A stretch of 64,000 nt of DNA from Alphaproteobacteria bacterium (GCA_965246945.1 CBDFFW010000001.1:90796-154795), one strand, 5' to 3'. Positions 19,209 to 27,892 are shown, counted from the first letter of the stretch. Numbers and translations are program-made. The notes: generated by a model from the sequence alone, not told the origin.

Positions 19209-20037
19209 ACAGATCTTGTTGCCTACCCAGCATCAAAAAGCGATGGCACTAGCGCCAGCATTCAAAAATGTTTTGGACGCTGAGATTGCCGAAATTATCA
19301 TTGATACCGATCAATTCGGTACTTTTTCAGGCGAGGTTGAACGACCAGGTGATGCACAGGCTTGCGCCAAGCTTAAATGTGAAGCAGCGTTGGCTATCAC
19401 GGATACACCTTACGCTGTCGCCAGCGAAGGCAGTTTTGGTCCGCATCCCGTTATTCCAATATTGGCTTGCAACCATGAACTGCTATATTTTATTGATCAC
19501 GAAAATGACTTTCACTTGTCTTTAACCAAGCTATGCACAGATACCAATTACCGCATGGCAACGGTTGAGAATGTTGATCAGCTACATACTTTTGCCAAAC
19601 AAACTTATTTTACTTCGCATGCTTTGATGATCAGGCCCAATATCTGGGCTGACCAAAAGATTATTTTCAAAGGTCTCCAAACATATGAGGCCCTCCATCA
19701 AGCTTTTATAGTTGCTTGCCAAAATTCTGGTGATGGGCAGGCTTTCGTCCAAACCGAAATGCGTGCTCACTTCAATCCAACCCGCATGCGAAATATTGCC
19801 AAATTGGCAGGAGATTTGGCTAAACGGTTATGTTCAATTTGCCCTGTTTGCCAAACACCCGGTTGGGGCAAGATTGCCATCAAAACTGGCTTGCCCTGTA
19901 GCTGGTGCCAAACCAAAACCAACCTTGTAAAAAATGAAATATGGGGTTGCGCCAAGTGTGATTATCAGGAAGCGAAAGAACGATTAGATGGTTTGCGAGC
20001 TGCCGAGCCGACTTATTGTCCCAGCTGTAATCCTTAA
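19183..20037 (+). CDS. Hypothetical protein with a C-terminal double CxxC zinc-ribbon, translationally coupled to dabA (start uncertain: 19183, 19189 or 19243)
   Basis: 284 aa ORF overlapping the dabA stop by 26 nt. The C-terminus reads CSICPVCQTPGW...CSWCQT...CAKCDY...CPSCNP, which gives 4 to 5 CxxC pairs. Confidence 0.5.
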   Translation: MSMSCYAGRQILLPTQHQKAMALAPAFKNVLDAEIAEIIIDTDQFGTFSGEVERPGDAQACAKLKCEAALAITDTPYAVASEGSFGPHPVIPILACNHELLYFIDHENDFHLSLTKLCTDTNYRMATVENVDQLHTFAKQTYFTSHALMIRPNIWADQKIIFKGLQTYEALHQAFIVACQNSGDGQAFVQTEMRAHFNPTRMRNIAKLAGDLAKRLCSICPVCQTPGWGKIAIKTGLPCSWCQTKTNLVKNEIWGCAKCDYQEAKERLDGLRAAEPTYCPSCNP

Positions 20038-20348
20038 ATTTCTACTAAATTGAAGTGACAAAAAATTAAATGAAAACTTTTAGCGAGAAGGTGCTAGCTA
20101 AATCTATGTCCGCTGATACCAATAATATAGGCGATGTCATGCTGCGTATTTTAGCGCCAGATAAACCATTTTTTAACTTACCCTTTATGTTTTCAAATCG
20201 CTTGGTAGTTATCATGCAAAAACCGTAAAAAAGCTTTAAAGTTCTGATTAAATAATTTTTAATAGTTAACATTTATTATTTTGAAATAAGTGATTGTTGA
20301 TCAAATCCTCGCTAAATAGCTTCCTGCAGAACCTCACGGCGTTCTTGC

Positions 20349-20975
20349 TCAGGCTTGGTTGCGAATCTGTCCATATTTGGTCTGCTTAATTTTTAGGATA
20401 ACATCGGCCAGCCAACCTGGCACCTGGGAAACGGTAGAAGTTAAATCTTTCAGATCCTGATCATCCAGCCGATTGGCACATTGCTGGATGGTTTGCGCAT
20501 CAATACTGCCTTTACCGAGACAAGATAGGGCCTGCAGGGTAAAATTGGCATTGGTGGAAATGCGATCCATCAAAGGCACCCTGGCATGTTTGAAGGTGAT
20601 GGTGCGGCCAGCCATGTGTTTAGTTTTGGAAATGCCATTAGTCAGATAAACAGGCTTTGCTGGCACCTGGGTGGATAATCCCAGGATATTAGCAGACGCA
20701 GCACCAGAAGGAAAAACCATAGCGCCGGTTTTAGTGGCGATGATTTGCGCCAAATCATCAGCGCTGGGGGATAGGGTGCCAAGGGTTGGGTGTTGCTTAG
20801 GGTAATCGTAAATACCACGCCCCAAGCGCCGGATGGTACCATTCTTTGCCAACCGTGCGAATGTTTGATCGACAGCGGCACGCGTGCCAACATCTAAAAA
20901 GTCTTTGGGCGTAAACACCCAGCCACGCCGTTTGGCGTGGATTCTTTGGGTAATCGTGGCGGTAACGTCGTACAT
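20349..20975 (-). CDS. DUF6088 / AbiEi-family (type IV TA antitoxin-like) protein, apparently orphan
   Basis: 208 aa. The N-terminal pattern RGWVFTPKDFLDVGTRAAVDQTFARLAKNGTIRRLGRGIYDYP and the central LGLSTQVP motif match the DUF6088/AbiEi_4 family from memory. No AbiEii-like nucleotidyltransferase ORF is adjacent. Confidence 0.6.
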   Translation of the reverse strand: MYDVTATITQRIHAKRRGWVFTPKDFLDVGTRAAVDQTFARLAKNGTIRRLGRGIYDYPKQHPTLGTLSPSADDLAQIIATKTGAMVFPSGAASANILGLSTQVPAKPVYLTNGISKTKHMAGRTITFKHARVPLMDRISTNANFTLQALSCLGKGSIDAQTIQQCANRLDDQDLKDLTSTVSQVPGWLADVILKIKQTKYGQIRNQA

Positions 20976-21230
20976 AGCAGTATTTATATGTCAGATAATA
21001 ACATATATATTTCTGACAATCAAAAATTTACAGTTTACCTGACTTTTAGTGTTAATCAGACGTTCCGAAATAATGGAATAAATTATGAAATACAGCTTTG
21101 TTAATGTTTAGCCAAAATTATCACCTAAAAGAAGCCCAAAATCGTCAAAAGTTACCCAGAAACTTACCCAATTATATTTTCTATATATAAAACACAATTA
21201 ATATCAGTACATTATAGGTAGTCCCAATAC

Positions 21231-21285
21231 ACTTAAAATCGTGTGCTGTTATGGCGTCCCGGTTCAAGTCCGGGTGGGACCACCA
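21231..21285 (+). repeat. Partial tRNA-Leu copy (anticodon loop through CCA), a direct repeat of 6448-6501. Putative distal att site of the island.
   Basis: acttaaaatcgtgtgc ... cgtcccggttcaagtccgggtgggaccacca is identical to the tRNA-Leu 3' part, apart from the variable-loop segment (tgttatgg versus cgatagg). It has no 5' half, so it is not a functional tRNA. Confidence 0.7.
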
Positions 21286-21374
21286 CTACATAAATTTGAT
21301 TTTTAGGGCGGCTTCTTTTTAAAGCATTTGACTAAAAAAAATATTTATCCTGCTTGCTTTCACTCGTATTATGT

Positions 21375-21389
21375 GTTCTACTTTTGTTC
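21375..21389 (+). promoter_or_regulatory. Alphaproteobacterial-type LexA operator (SOS box) GTTC-N7-GTTC immediately upstream of the likely lexA start
   Basis: The sequence gttctacttttgttc lies between the first ATG of the ORF (21371) and the more plausible start ATG at 21392. Confidence 0.55.
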
Positions 21390-21391
21390 TA

Positions 21392-22003
21392 ATGTTTACC
21401 ACCCGTCAAAAACAGCTGTTTGAGTTTATTAAATCGCATTATGCACATAGTGGGATCGTGCCGTCTTATGATGAAATGAGGGCCGCGCTGGGTTTGGCTT
21501 CGAAATCCTCTGTCTTCGCTCTAATCGACCAGCTGGTGCAAAAAGGTTTTATCCGCAAATCACTAAACAAAGCGCGCAGTTTGGAAATTGTTGAACAAGC
21601 AGCCAAAACATTAAACCTTATTCCGCATTATGGGCGTATTGCCGCCGGTCTGCCGATCGCCGCGTTAACACAAGCGGATGAATTTGAAATGCCCGGTAAT
21701 TGGCTCGGCAAAGCCGATTATGCCTTAACGGTAGTTGGACAATCCATGCAGGATGCTGGAATTCTGGATGGCGATACGGCGTTGATTAAGCAGACGGCTA
21801 CGGCACCGCCAAAATCGATTGTGGTGGCATTGATTAATAACGAGGAAACCACGCTTAAATATTATCAGCCGCATGGCACAAACATTATTCTATTGCCAGC
21901 CAATGCCGCATTTGAACCGCAGCACTACCATGCCAGCCAAGTGCAAATTCAAGGCGTATTGGCCGGCATTTTTCGCAACTTGGAGGCTAAATGGAAAATC
22001 TAA
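21392..22003 (+). CDS. lexA: LexA repressor (SOS regulon transcriptional repressor, S24 peptidase)
   Basis: N-terminal winged HTH (TTRQKQLFEFIKSHYAHSGIVPSYDEMRAALGLASKSSVFALIDQLVQKGFIRK). Cleavage region (GRIAAGLPIA). Ser/Lys dyad context (VVGQSMQDAGILDGD ... K). I chose the start at Met8 of the tracked ORF so that the SOS box is not translated. Confidence 0.8.
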   Translation: MFTTRQKQLFEFIKSHYAHSGIVPSYDEMRAALGLASKSSVFALIDQLVQKGFIRKSLNKARSLEIVEQAAKTLNLIPHYGRIAAGLPIAALTQADEFEMPGNWLGKADYALTVVGQSMQDAGILDGDTALIKQTATAPPKSIVVALINNEETTLKYYQPHGTNIILLPANAAFEPQHYHASQVQIQGVLAGIFRNLEAKWKI

Positions 22004-22251
22004 ACTTATTCTCAACCGCCGTTGATGGATTGAAAGACGTTAACCGGCTGATTACGCTGTTGCATGAAAATGAAAATGGTAATGGTGAAAATCAAAAATG
22101 CACACTCGCCGAATTGGCCTTAATTGCCCATGAAACCAGCCGGTTTGTGAATGAACCATCTGCCAGTGCTTTAAACACATCATCTGCATCGCTTGCCACT
22201 ACGCAATTATTTGCAACTAAATGGTTGCATATCAAGCATCAAGATAATTAG
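21991..22251 (+). CDS. Hypothetical small acidic protein (86 aa) overlapping the lexA stop; possibly co-transcribed
   Basis: ORF only. Its ATG sits 13 nt before the lexA stop codon. There is no recognisable domain. Confidence 0.3.
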   Translation: MENLNLFSTAVDGLKDVNRLITLLHENENGNGENQKCTLAELALIAHETSRFVNEPSASALNTSSASLATTQLFATKWLHIKHQDN

Positions 22252-22270
22252 CTAGTGATTGGGTCGTCTT

Positions 22271-23233
22271 TTAAGCTGCTTCACGGATAACCGTTACGGC
22301 TTTGATAGTGCCAGCTGGCTCGAGAATAGAGCAATCAAGCGCTGGCGCTTTTTTAGGAAATTTTTTGTAAGCATTCGGCATACTCACCAAAGCACCCCGA
22401 ATAAACGGTGTTTTTAGTTGTCCCCAAAAGGTAGCCGGCATCGGGTGGGAAATCCCAATATTTACCGGCGGGGCGCGATCGGGCCGCAAATAACTGCCAA
22501 ACACATGATCCCACAACATTAAGTTTTCACCGTAATTACTGTTGCTCTCGCGCAATTTGCGGGAATGATGCCAACGATGTAATTCAGGCGTATTAAAAAT
22601 CCAGCTCAAAGGGCCAAAGCGCATTTCGACATTGCAGTGGGTTAGCATGCCAATATAAGCAGTGATCGCTGCGGCCCAGGAAAAAACGGCTTCCGGTGCA
22701 CCCAAAAGATATAATAAAGGTAGTGCCAAAATCAAACTGGTAACGGTATCGACAATATGAAACCGCCCCGTATTAAAAAACCACAAACGCGGCGCAGAAT
22801 GATGCACCGCATGAAACGGCCATAACCAATCTTGCTCATGCGCCAAACGGTGCTTCCAATATAACCCAAAATCCATAACTGCCACGGCCAGGCAAATCTG
22901 TGCGACCAGCGGCCAATGGACCGGCCATAATTTTAAACTCACCGCTTCGACATGACTGGCGATATGCATAATCGTTGTGACAACCACGACCACTTGCACA
23001 ATACCCTTGTTAAAAAGCGTATGCAGTAAATCGGTTTTTACCTGCCCATCATGCTCCAGCCATTTGCTGGCATGCGAAAAACGGCGTTCTAAAAAGGTCA
23101 AGCTGAGCGCCAGTAAAACATAGGTAATATTAAATGCCCAAATAGGATGGCCCCAATCAAGGCCAAGTTTAGTGCCCAGCAAACACAAGCCCAATAGTAA
23201 TGGCCACCATAAATAAGATAATATCAAACGCAT
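22271..23233 (-). CDS. Fatty acid hydroxylase / sterol desaturase superfamily membrane protein
   Basis: 320 aa. Histidine boxes typical of the family (HEQDWLWPFHAVHH; HRWHHSRK). Multiple TM segments. Confidence 0.7.
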   Translation of the reverse strand: MRLILSYLWWPLLLGLCLLGTKLGLDWGHPIWAFNITYVLLALSLTFLERRFSHASKWLEHDGQVKTDLLHTLFNKGIVQVVVVVTTIMHIASHVEAVSLKLWPVHWPLVAQICLAVAVMDFGLYWKHRLAHEQDWLWPFHAVHHSAPRLWFFNTGRFHIVDTVTSLILALPLLYLLGAPEAVFSWAAAITAYIGMLTHCNVEMRFGPLSWIFNTPELHRWHHSRKLRESNSNYGENLMLWDHVFGSYLRPDRAPPVNIGISHPMPATFWGQLKTPFIRGALVSMPNAYKKFPKKAPALDCSILEPAGTIKAVTVIREAA

Positions 23234-23335
23234 GTTATCCTGAATACAACACTGCTCATTTTTCAGACAAGCATTGCGCTGCTATAAACGCCAGATTCAT
23301 ATACCGTTTTGATATCGATCCATTGCGCAGCGTAA

Positions 23336-23905
23336 TTAGGGCGTTTGCGTAGCAGTAATTTGAAATTCAACTTTAACTGCGTTTTTAATCACATCATCTT
23401 TGGCCCATTCACCAGTGCCGATACCAAAATCGCTGCGCTGTAAAACCACCTTGCCTGTGGCGCTAGTGGTTTTGGCATCCAGCGGAGTTAGTTCAAAATC
23501 CAACATAGCTGGCACGGTTTTATCCCGCAGGGTCAGCAGGCCAGCGGCTTGAAAATGATTGGGCTGCACCGCGGCTGTAATTTTTGTGCTTTTAAAAACA
23601 GCTTGCGGGAAAGATTTTACCGCTAACCATTCCGGCAACGTGATATATGACATAATATCGGCATCGGTCACTTGCACACTGTTCATAGCGACAGTGACTT
23701 CAACGCTGCTTTGCGCCAATTGTTGCGCATCAAAATGAATATTTGCGATAAAATCTTTAAACTTCCCTTTAACGGGGGAACCATTTTGCGTCGCGGTAAA
23801 TTGTAAACTGCTTTTATCTTTCACCACAATATAGTTGGGCACAGTGGCCCAAGCTGGTATACTAAAAATAGCAGCCACAAAAATCAAGCTAAAAAATAGA
23901 CGCAT
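23336..23905 (-). CDS. YceI-family periplasmic (polyisoprenoid-binding) protein
   Basis: 189 aa with a signal peptide. YceI-like beta-barrel pattern. It is classically paired with the upstream cytochrome b561 gene. Confidence 0.7.
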   Translation of the reverse strand: MRLFFSLIFVAAIFSIPAWATVPNYIVVKDKSSLQFTATQNGSPVKGKFKDFIANIHFDAQQLAQSSVEVTVAMNSVQVTDADIMSYITLPEWLAVKSFPQAVFKSTKITAAVQPNHFQAAGLLTLRDKTVPAMLDFELTPLDAKTTSATGKVVLQRSDFGIGTGEWAKDDVIKNAVKVEFQITATQTP

Positions 23906-24459
23906 TACGCATCTTTGCCAAAAGGCAACATGCGTTTCAACACATTATCTTTAAAGTAAAAATGGTGCGTTAAAGCAGCCAATACATGCCCGCTAATTAC
24001 AGCAATTAATGTCCAAGCCAAATAAAAATGCATTTGTTGAAACAGTTCACGCAAGCTAGATTCGGGTGTGACTAGATCCGGCAGCAAAAACAACCCAAAG
24101 ACTGAAACCGCTTTGCCTGCAGCGGAGGACATCGCCCAGCCGGATATGGGCATAGCCACCATTAAAGCATATAGTAAGACATGTCCGGCTTTGGCGGCAT
24201 ATTGCTCTCGTTTTTTCATGCGTTCCGGTAAGCTGGGTGCGTGGTTAACGCTGCGCCACATAATACGCAATAATGCGAGCAACAAAATCGTAACACCAAT
24301 CGATTTATGCCAGCCATAAAGCTTAAATTTATCGGGAGTAATCGGCAGATTAATCATCACAAAACCGATAATCAGCATACCAATAATTAGTAAAGCCATC
24401 AGCCAGTGCAAGCCCTTGGCTACATTGCCATAAGAATTTTGCGTATTGAAGATGGCCAT
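23905..24459 (-). CDS. Cytochrome b561 family protein (CybB/YceJ-like)
   Basis: 184 aa, 4 TM helices. N-terminal GLHWLMALLIIGML with His ligand positions. Its stop overlaps the yceI start. Confidence 0.75.
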   Translation of the reverse strand: MAIFNTQNSYGNVAKGLHWLMALLIIGMLIIGFVMINLPITPDKFKLYGWHKSIGVTILLLALLRIMWRSVNHAPSLPERMKKREQYAAKAGHVLLYALMVAMPISGWAMSSAAGKAVSVFGLFLLPDLVTPESSLRELFQQMHFYLAWTLIAVISGHVLAALTHHFYFKDNVLKRMLPFGKDA

Positions 24460-24586
24460 GGCTAAATTTTTAGCAGATCACGCTATACTTTGGCCAAGAA
24501 CTTTTCGAACCATTTATGGCAATAGGTATCAACTAGTGCGCACGGTTAAACTGGTAAAAGCTGCTGCTGGCCTTTAAATAAGACAA

Positions 24587-25003
24587 ATGGAATTGCCGAA
24601 TATAAGACCAATGGCACCGATGCCAGCGCCAGTGGTGAGCGATGCCCCGTGGGATGATCCAGATATCACACCGCCGCATGTGCAGCTTGGCGATCACCCG
24701 CTAATTCCGGAAGTGGTGGAAGCGCTGCGCCATGTCTACGACCCCGAAATTCCTGTCAACTTATACGAGCTAGGTTTGATCTACGATATTCAGATTAGCG
24801 AAGAAAATGATGTAAAGGTAATCATGACGCTGACCACGCCCAATTGCCCAGTCGCCGGCGAAATGCCGGTAATGGTGCAAAACAGCATTATGAACCGCGT
24901 GGCGCGCGCAGGCGATTGCGAAGTGGAATTAGTGTGGGAGCCAGTTTGGTCGCCCGAATTTATGGCGGAAAGCGCGCGCCTGGAATTGAATATGGGTTTT
25001 TAA
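24587..25003 (+). CDS. DUF59/MIP18-family Fe-S cluster assembly protein (SufT/PaaD-like)
   Basis: 138 aa. VYDPEIPVNLYELGLIY ... TLTTPNCPVAG is the characteristic DUF59 motif. Confidence 0.75.
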   Translation: MELPNIRPMAPMPAPVVSDAPWDDPDITPPHVQLGDHPLIPEVVEALRHVYDPEIPVNLYELGLIYDIQISEENDVKVIMTLTTPNCPVAGEMPVMVQNSIMNRVARAGDCEVELVWEPVWSPEFMAESARLELNMGF

Positions 25004-25120
25004 TGCATGCTTTTAGATTCAATTGTTTTTGGAATGACCGCAACGGGAACATGGTCTATGAATTTAATTAGCCTGCGGCCAAGGAATCGCTGATGTTTTG
25101 GTATAAGGTGTTCCGAGTAA

Positions 25121-26854
25121 TTAATTAGCTTCGGCCAACCACGGTTTATTAATATCCGGCTTGCCGAACATGAAGCCTTGTAAATAATGCACGCCTTCAT
25201 TACGTAGGAATAAGGCTTCGCCTGGTTGTTCGATACATTCGGCGATAATTTGCAAGCCAAAAGTTGAAGCTAGATCAATTAAAGAATGCACAAATACTTT
25301 ATTTTCGCGGTTGTTATGGATATTGCGGATGTAAGACCCATCAATTTTGACGATATCGACCGACAGCATTTTTAAATGTTTAAACGAGGTGAAACCGGCC
25401 CCGAAATCATCCAAAGCCACTTTGCAACCCAACGCGCGGACGGCATCCACGAAACGTGCGCTTTCATCCAAATCACGCAAGGCTTCTGTTTCGGTAATTT
25501 CCACTACCAAACGCTCGGCTACACTGCGGTCACCCTGTACATGGTGGATTAAGGTGCGGAGCCAGGTATTCTCAGTCACCGTTAAACCGGAAATATTAAC
25601 GGCAACGCGCAAATTGGCATTTTCTTTCATTTCGCGAATGGCCATATCCAGCACATAACGGTCCACCTGACGGGTGAGGCCGACATGTTCAATCGCGGGA
25701 ATAAATTTACCGGCCGGAATAATTGTACCATCTGGCGCACGCATACGCAGCAAAGCTTCATAAAAGGCAATTTTATCGGTCAGCGTATCGATAATCGGCT
25801 GATAGGCGAAAATAATGCGGTTTTCACGCATGGCTTCCAGCACCTGGTGACCGATGACCATCTGATCCTTGTGATTGCTGCTGATTTCCGGTGTTGGCTT
25901 ATATATAATATAACAATCGCGGCCGCGGTCTTTGGCCTGGTGCAGCGATGCTTCGGCCTTGGCCATCACATCAAACGCGGAATTATTTAATAATGGGAAA
26001 CCAACGCCACCAATAGAAACCGACACATGAAGTGAGCCATTTTTGGTTTGAATCGGCTGTTCGCGGCACACTTTTAAAATCTTTTCTGCTACTGCTTCCA
26101 CATGTTCAGGCGTGCAGCGGCTTAAGATAATGCCATAACTATCACCGCCAATCCGGCCAATGGCGTCACTACCGCGGGTATGACCTTCCAACCGGCTACC
26201 AATCGAAATCAATACTGTATCGGCGGCTTCATGCCCGTAAACTTCGTTAATGACCGACATCTTGTCGATACCAACCACCAAAAATGCGCCGCCTGATTGG
26301 TAGCGATCCGCCTGTTTTAATGCTTCAGACAAGCGTTCGCGCAGGCGCGGGCGGTTGTAATGGCCGGTTAATTCATCGAAATTGACACGGCGTTGCAGTG
26401 CCACTTCCCGCAATTTGCGGTTTTGAATAACCCGCATCACCCCGCGTACCATCACGGGTTGGCCATGCCGGTCCAATTCTGCCACGCCGCGGTCATGCAC
26501 CCATACATAATCCCCTTCGCCGCGGCGAATTCGGTATTCGCTTTCATAGGCGTGGGCCCCGCCATAATGGGCTTCCAGCGCGGCCAGCCGCGTGGGGGCA
26601 TCGTCTTGATGGATTAAACTATTGAAAAAATGGATTTGTCCTAGTTGTTCGCCGCGGAACTTTTCACCAAAAACAGCCTGATGATCACCAAGCCAATAAA
26701 TCTGCTTGGCATTTACATGCCATTCATAAGCCAAATCACCCGTTGCTTGTAAAGCGGCCAGGATTTTTTCATGAGTCACAGTAAAACCATTTGCTCTTCC
26801 TGAATTAATTGCGGCAGAATCGCTCTGAACTGTCAAGGGCACAATATTGGTCAT
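25121..26854 (-). CDS. PAS-GGDEF-EAL signalling protein with a degenerate GGDEF motif (GGDSY) and an EAL phosphodiesterase domain
   Basis: 577 aa. The GGDEF position reads RIGGDSYGII. The EAL motif (YEALLR) and downstream PDE residues are present. Confidence 0.75.
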   Translation of the reverse strand: MTNIVPLTVQSDSAAINSGRANGFTVTHEKILAALQATGDLAYEWHVNAKQIYWLGDHQAVFGEKFRGEQLGQIHFFNSLIHQDDAPTRLAALEAHYGGAHAYESEYRIRRGEGDYVWVHDRGVAELDRHGQPVMVRGVMRVIQNRKLREVALQRRVNFDELTGHYNRPRLRERLSEALKQADRYQSGGAFLVVGIDKMSVINEVYGHEAADTVLISIGSRLEGHTRGSDAIGRIGGDSYGIILSRCTPEHVEAVAEKILKVCREQPIQTKNGSLHVSVSIGGVGFPLLNNSAFDVMAKAEASLHQAKDRGRDCYIIYKPTPEISSNHKDQMVIGHQVLEAMRENRIIFAYQPIIDTLTDKIAFYEALLRMRAPDGTIIPAGKFIPAIEHVGLTRQVDRYVLDMAIREMKENANLRVAVNISGLTVTENTWLRTLIHHVQGDRSVAERLVVEITETEALRDLDESARFVDAVRALGCKVALDDFGAGFTSFKHLKMLSVDIVKIDGSYIRNIHNNRENKVFVHSLIDLASTFGLQIIAECIEQPGEALFLRNEGVHYLQGFMFGKPDINKPWLAEAN

Positions 26855-26947
26855 TCGCAGGGAACTTTCTTCACAAACTCACATTAATTCATCTTTAAAT
26901 TTACGCGAATTTCCTTAAAGAAAGATGAACTCTTTAAGTATTTTTTC

Positions 26948-27892
26948 CTAATTCTCTTGTCCAAAGGCAGTTTCTAACCGTTTAACCAGTTCAATAGCTT
27001 CATCGCTGTTGGTCTCGGGCGCTTCAATAAAAAACTCCCAAACCTTACCGCTGCCTTTAGGTTCATATAGTAACAGCCAGGCCCGTGTGGGGTCGCCCTG
27101 AAAATGACAGGCAAGTTCAGCTTTTACAGCCGTGCCATCCGGATAATCAACGGGCAAGCCCAGCGTCGATTGAAAATACCCGCGGCATTGTGGCTCCAAC
27201 GGGTCAACGCGGTTTAATAATAAGGTATCCAAACTTTCATGGCTGCGTTGATTGCTTAAGCGCACATAGGTATTTTGCGATTTAATCAAATAGGTTTCTT
27301 TATCCGCCACCGTTTTATCCAACAGAATATGGGCATCCACCCAGCTTGCCGTATGTAAAACCGGCTCGATATCAGAAGGCAGGCCGCCGACATCCGGCTG
27401 CTGCGACCAGGCGGAAGCGATACATGCGCGCAATTGGCCAGTCACACTGGTCATATTCGGCAATTTGAATTCCTGGGCTGTACTGTCTTTACCGCTACCA
27501 GCACGCAAGGTCAGCGCTTGTTTTTCGCCTAGTTCGCTTAGCCATTTCTCTTCCCGCCCCAGCGCCATATTCACCTCGCCATTGGCGGCAAGGGTAATGC
27601 CTGCTTGGCGGATTAATTTGCCAGCCACTAAAATCTGAATGGGTTGGCTGGCGGCCACGCGCCAGGCGGAGGGCTCATCCGGTGTAAACAACATGGCCAT
27701 TTGCCCCAGGCTGTTACGGGCTAGCCGAAAACTGGGTTTGCCATTGGGTGCATAGCTGGCCATGCAATAATCGGCCACCCGCAGGGGGATCGAGGTCTCA
27801 CTGCGCAACTTCCACGGCACTTCGGCCTGCGCCAAGCCAGGCAGCAAAACAGCTATCAAAAAGGCCAAACCGATCGCTTTCATCACACGCAT
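26948..27892 (-). CDS. Hypothetical secreted protein (signal peptide MRVMKAIGLAFLIAVLLPGLAQA)
   Basis: The ORF extends to 27931. I chose the start at the Met that precedes the signal peptide. No recognised domain. Confidence 0.45.
   Translation of the reverse strand: MRVMKAIGLAFLIAVLLPGLAQAEVPWKLRSETSIPLRVADYCMASYAPNGKPSFRLARNSLGQMAMLFTPDEPSAWRVAASQPIQILVAGKLIRQAGITLAANGEVNMALGREEKWLSELGEKQALTLRAGSGKDSTAQEFKLPNMTSVTGQLRACIASAWSQQPDVGGLPSDIEPVLHTASWVDAHILLDKTVADKETYLIKSQNTYVRLSNQRSHESLDTLLLNRVDPLEPQCRGYFQSTLGLPVDYPDGTAVKAELACHFQGDPTRAWLLLYEPKGSGKVWEFFIEAPETNSDEAIELVKRLETAFGQEN

Larger units (their letters stand above)
6448..21285. mobile_element. Putative degenerate genomic island integrated at tRNA-Leu, bounded by a direct repeat of the tRNA 3' half. 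No integrase is present.
   Basis: Bases 6448-6501 (anticodon loop to CCA end of tRNA-Leu) recur at 21231-21285. Identity runs 16 nt and 31 nt, around a divergent 7/8-nt variable-loop segment. The interior is compositionally mosaic with AT-rich stretches, and carries pseudogenes and accessory cargo. Confidence 0.5.

Noticed and set aside
20066-20272. 68-aa ORF downstream of the AbiEi-like gene as a candidate toxin partner
   Set aside because: It is low-complexity, AT-rich, and has no nucleotidyltransferase motifs. It is far too short for AbiEii.
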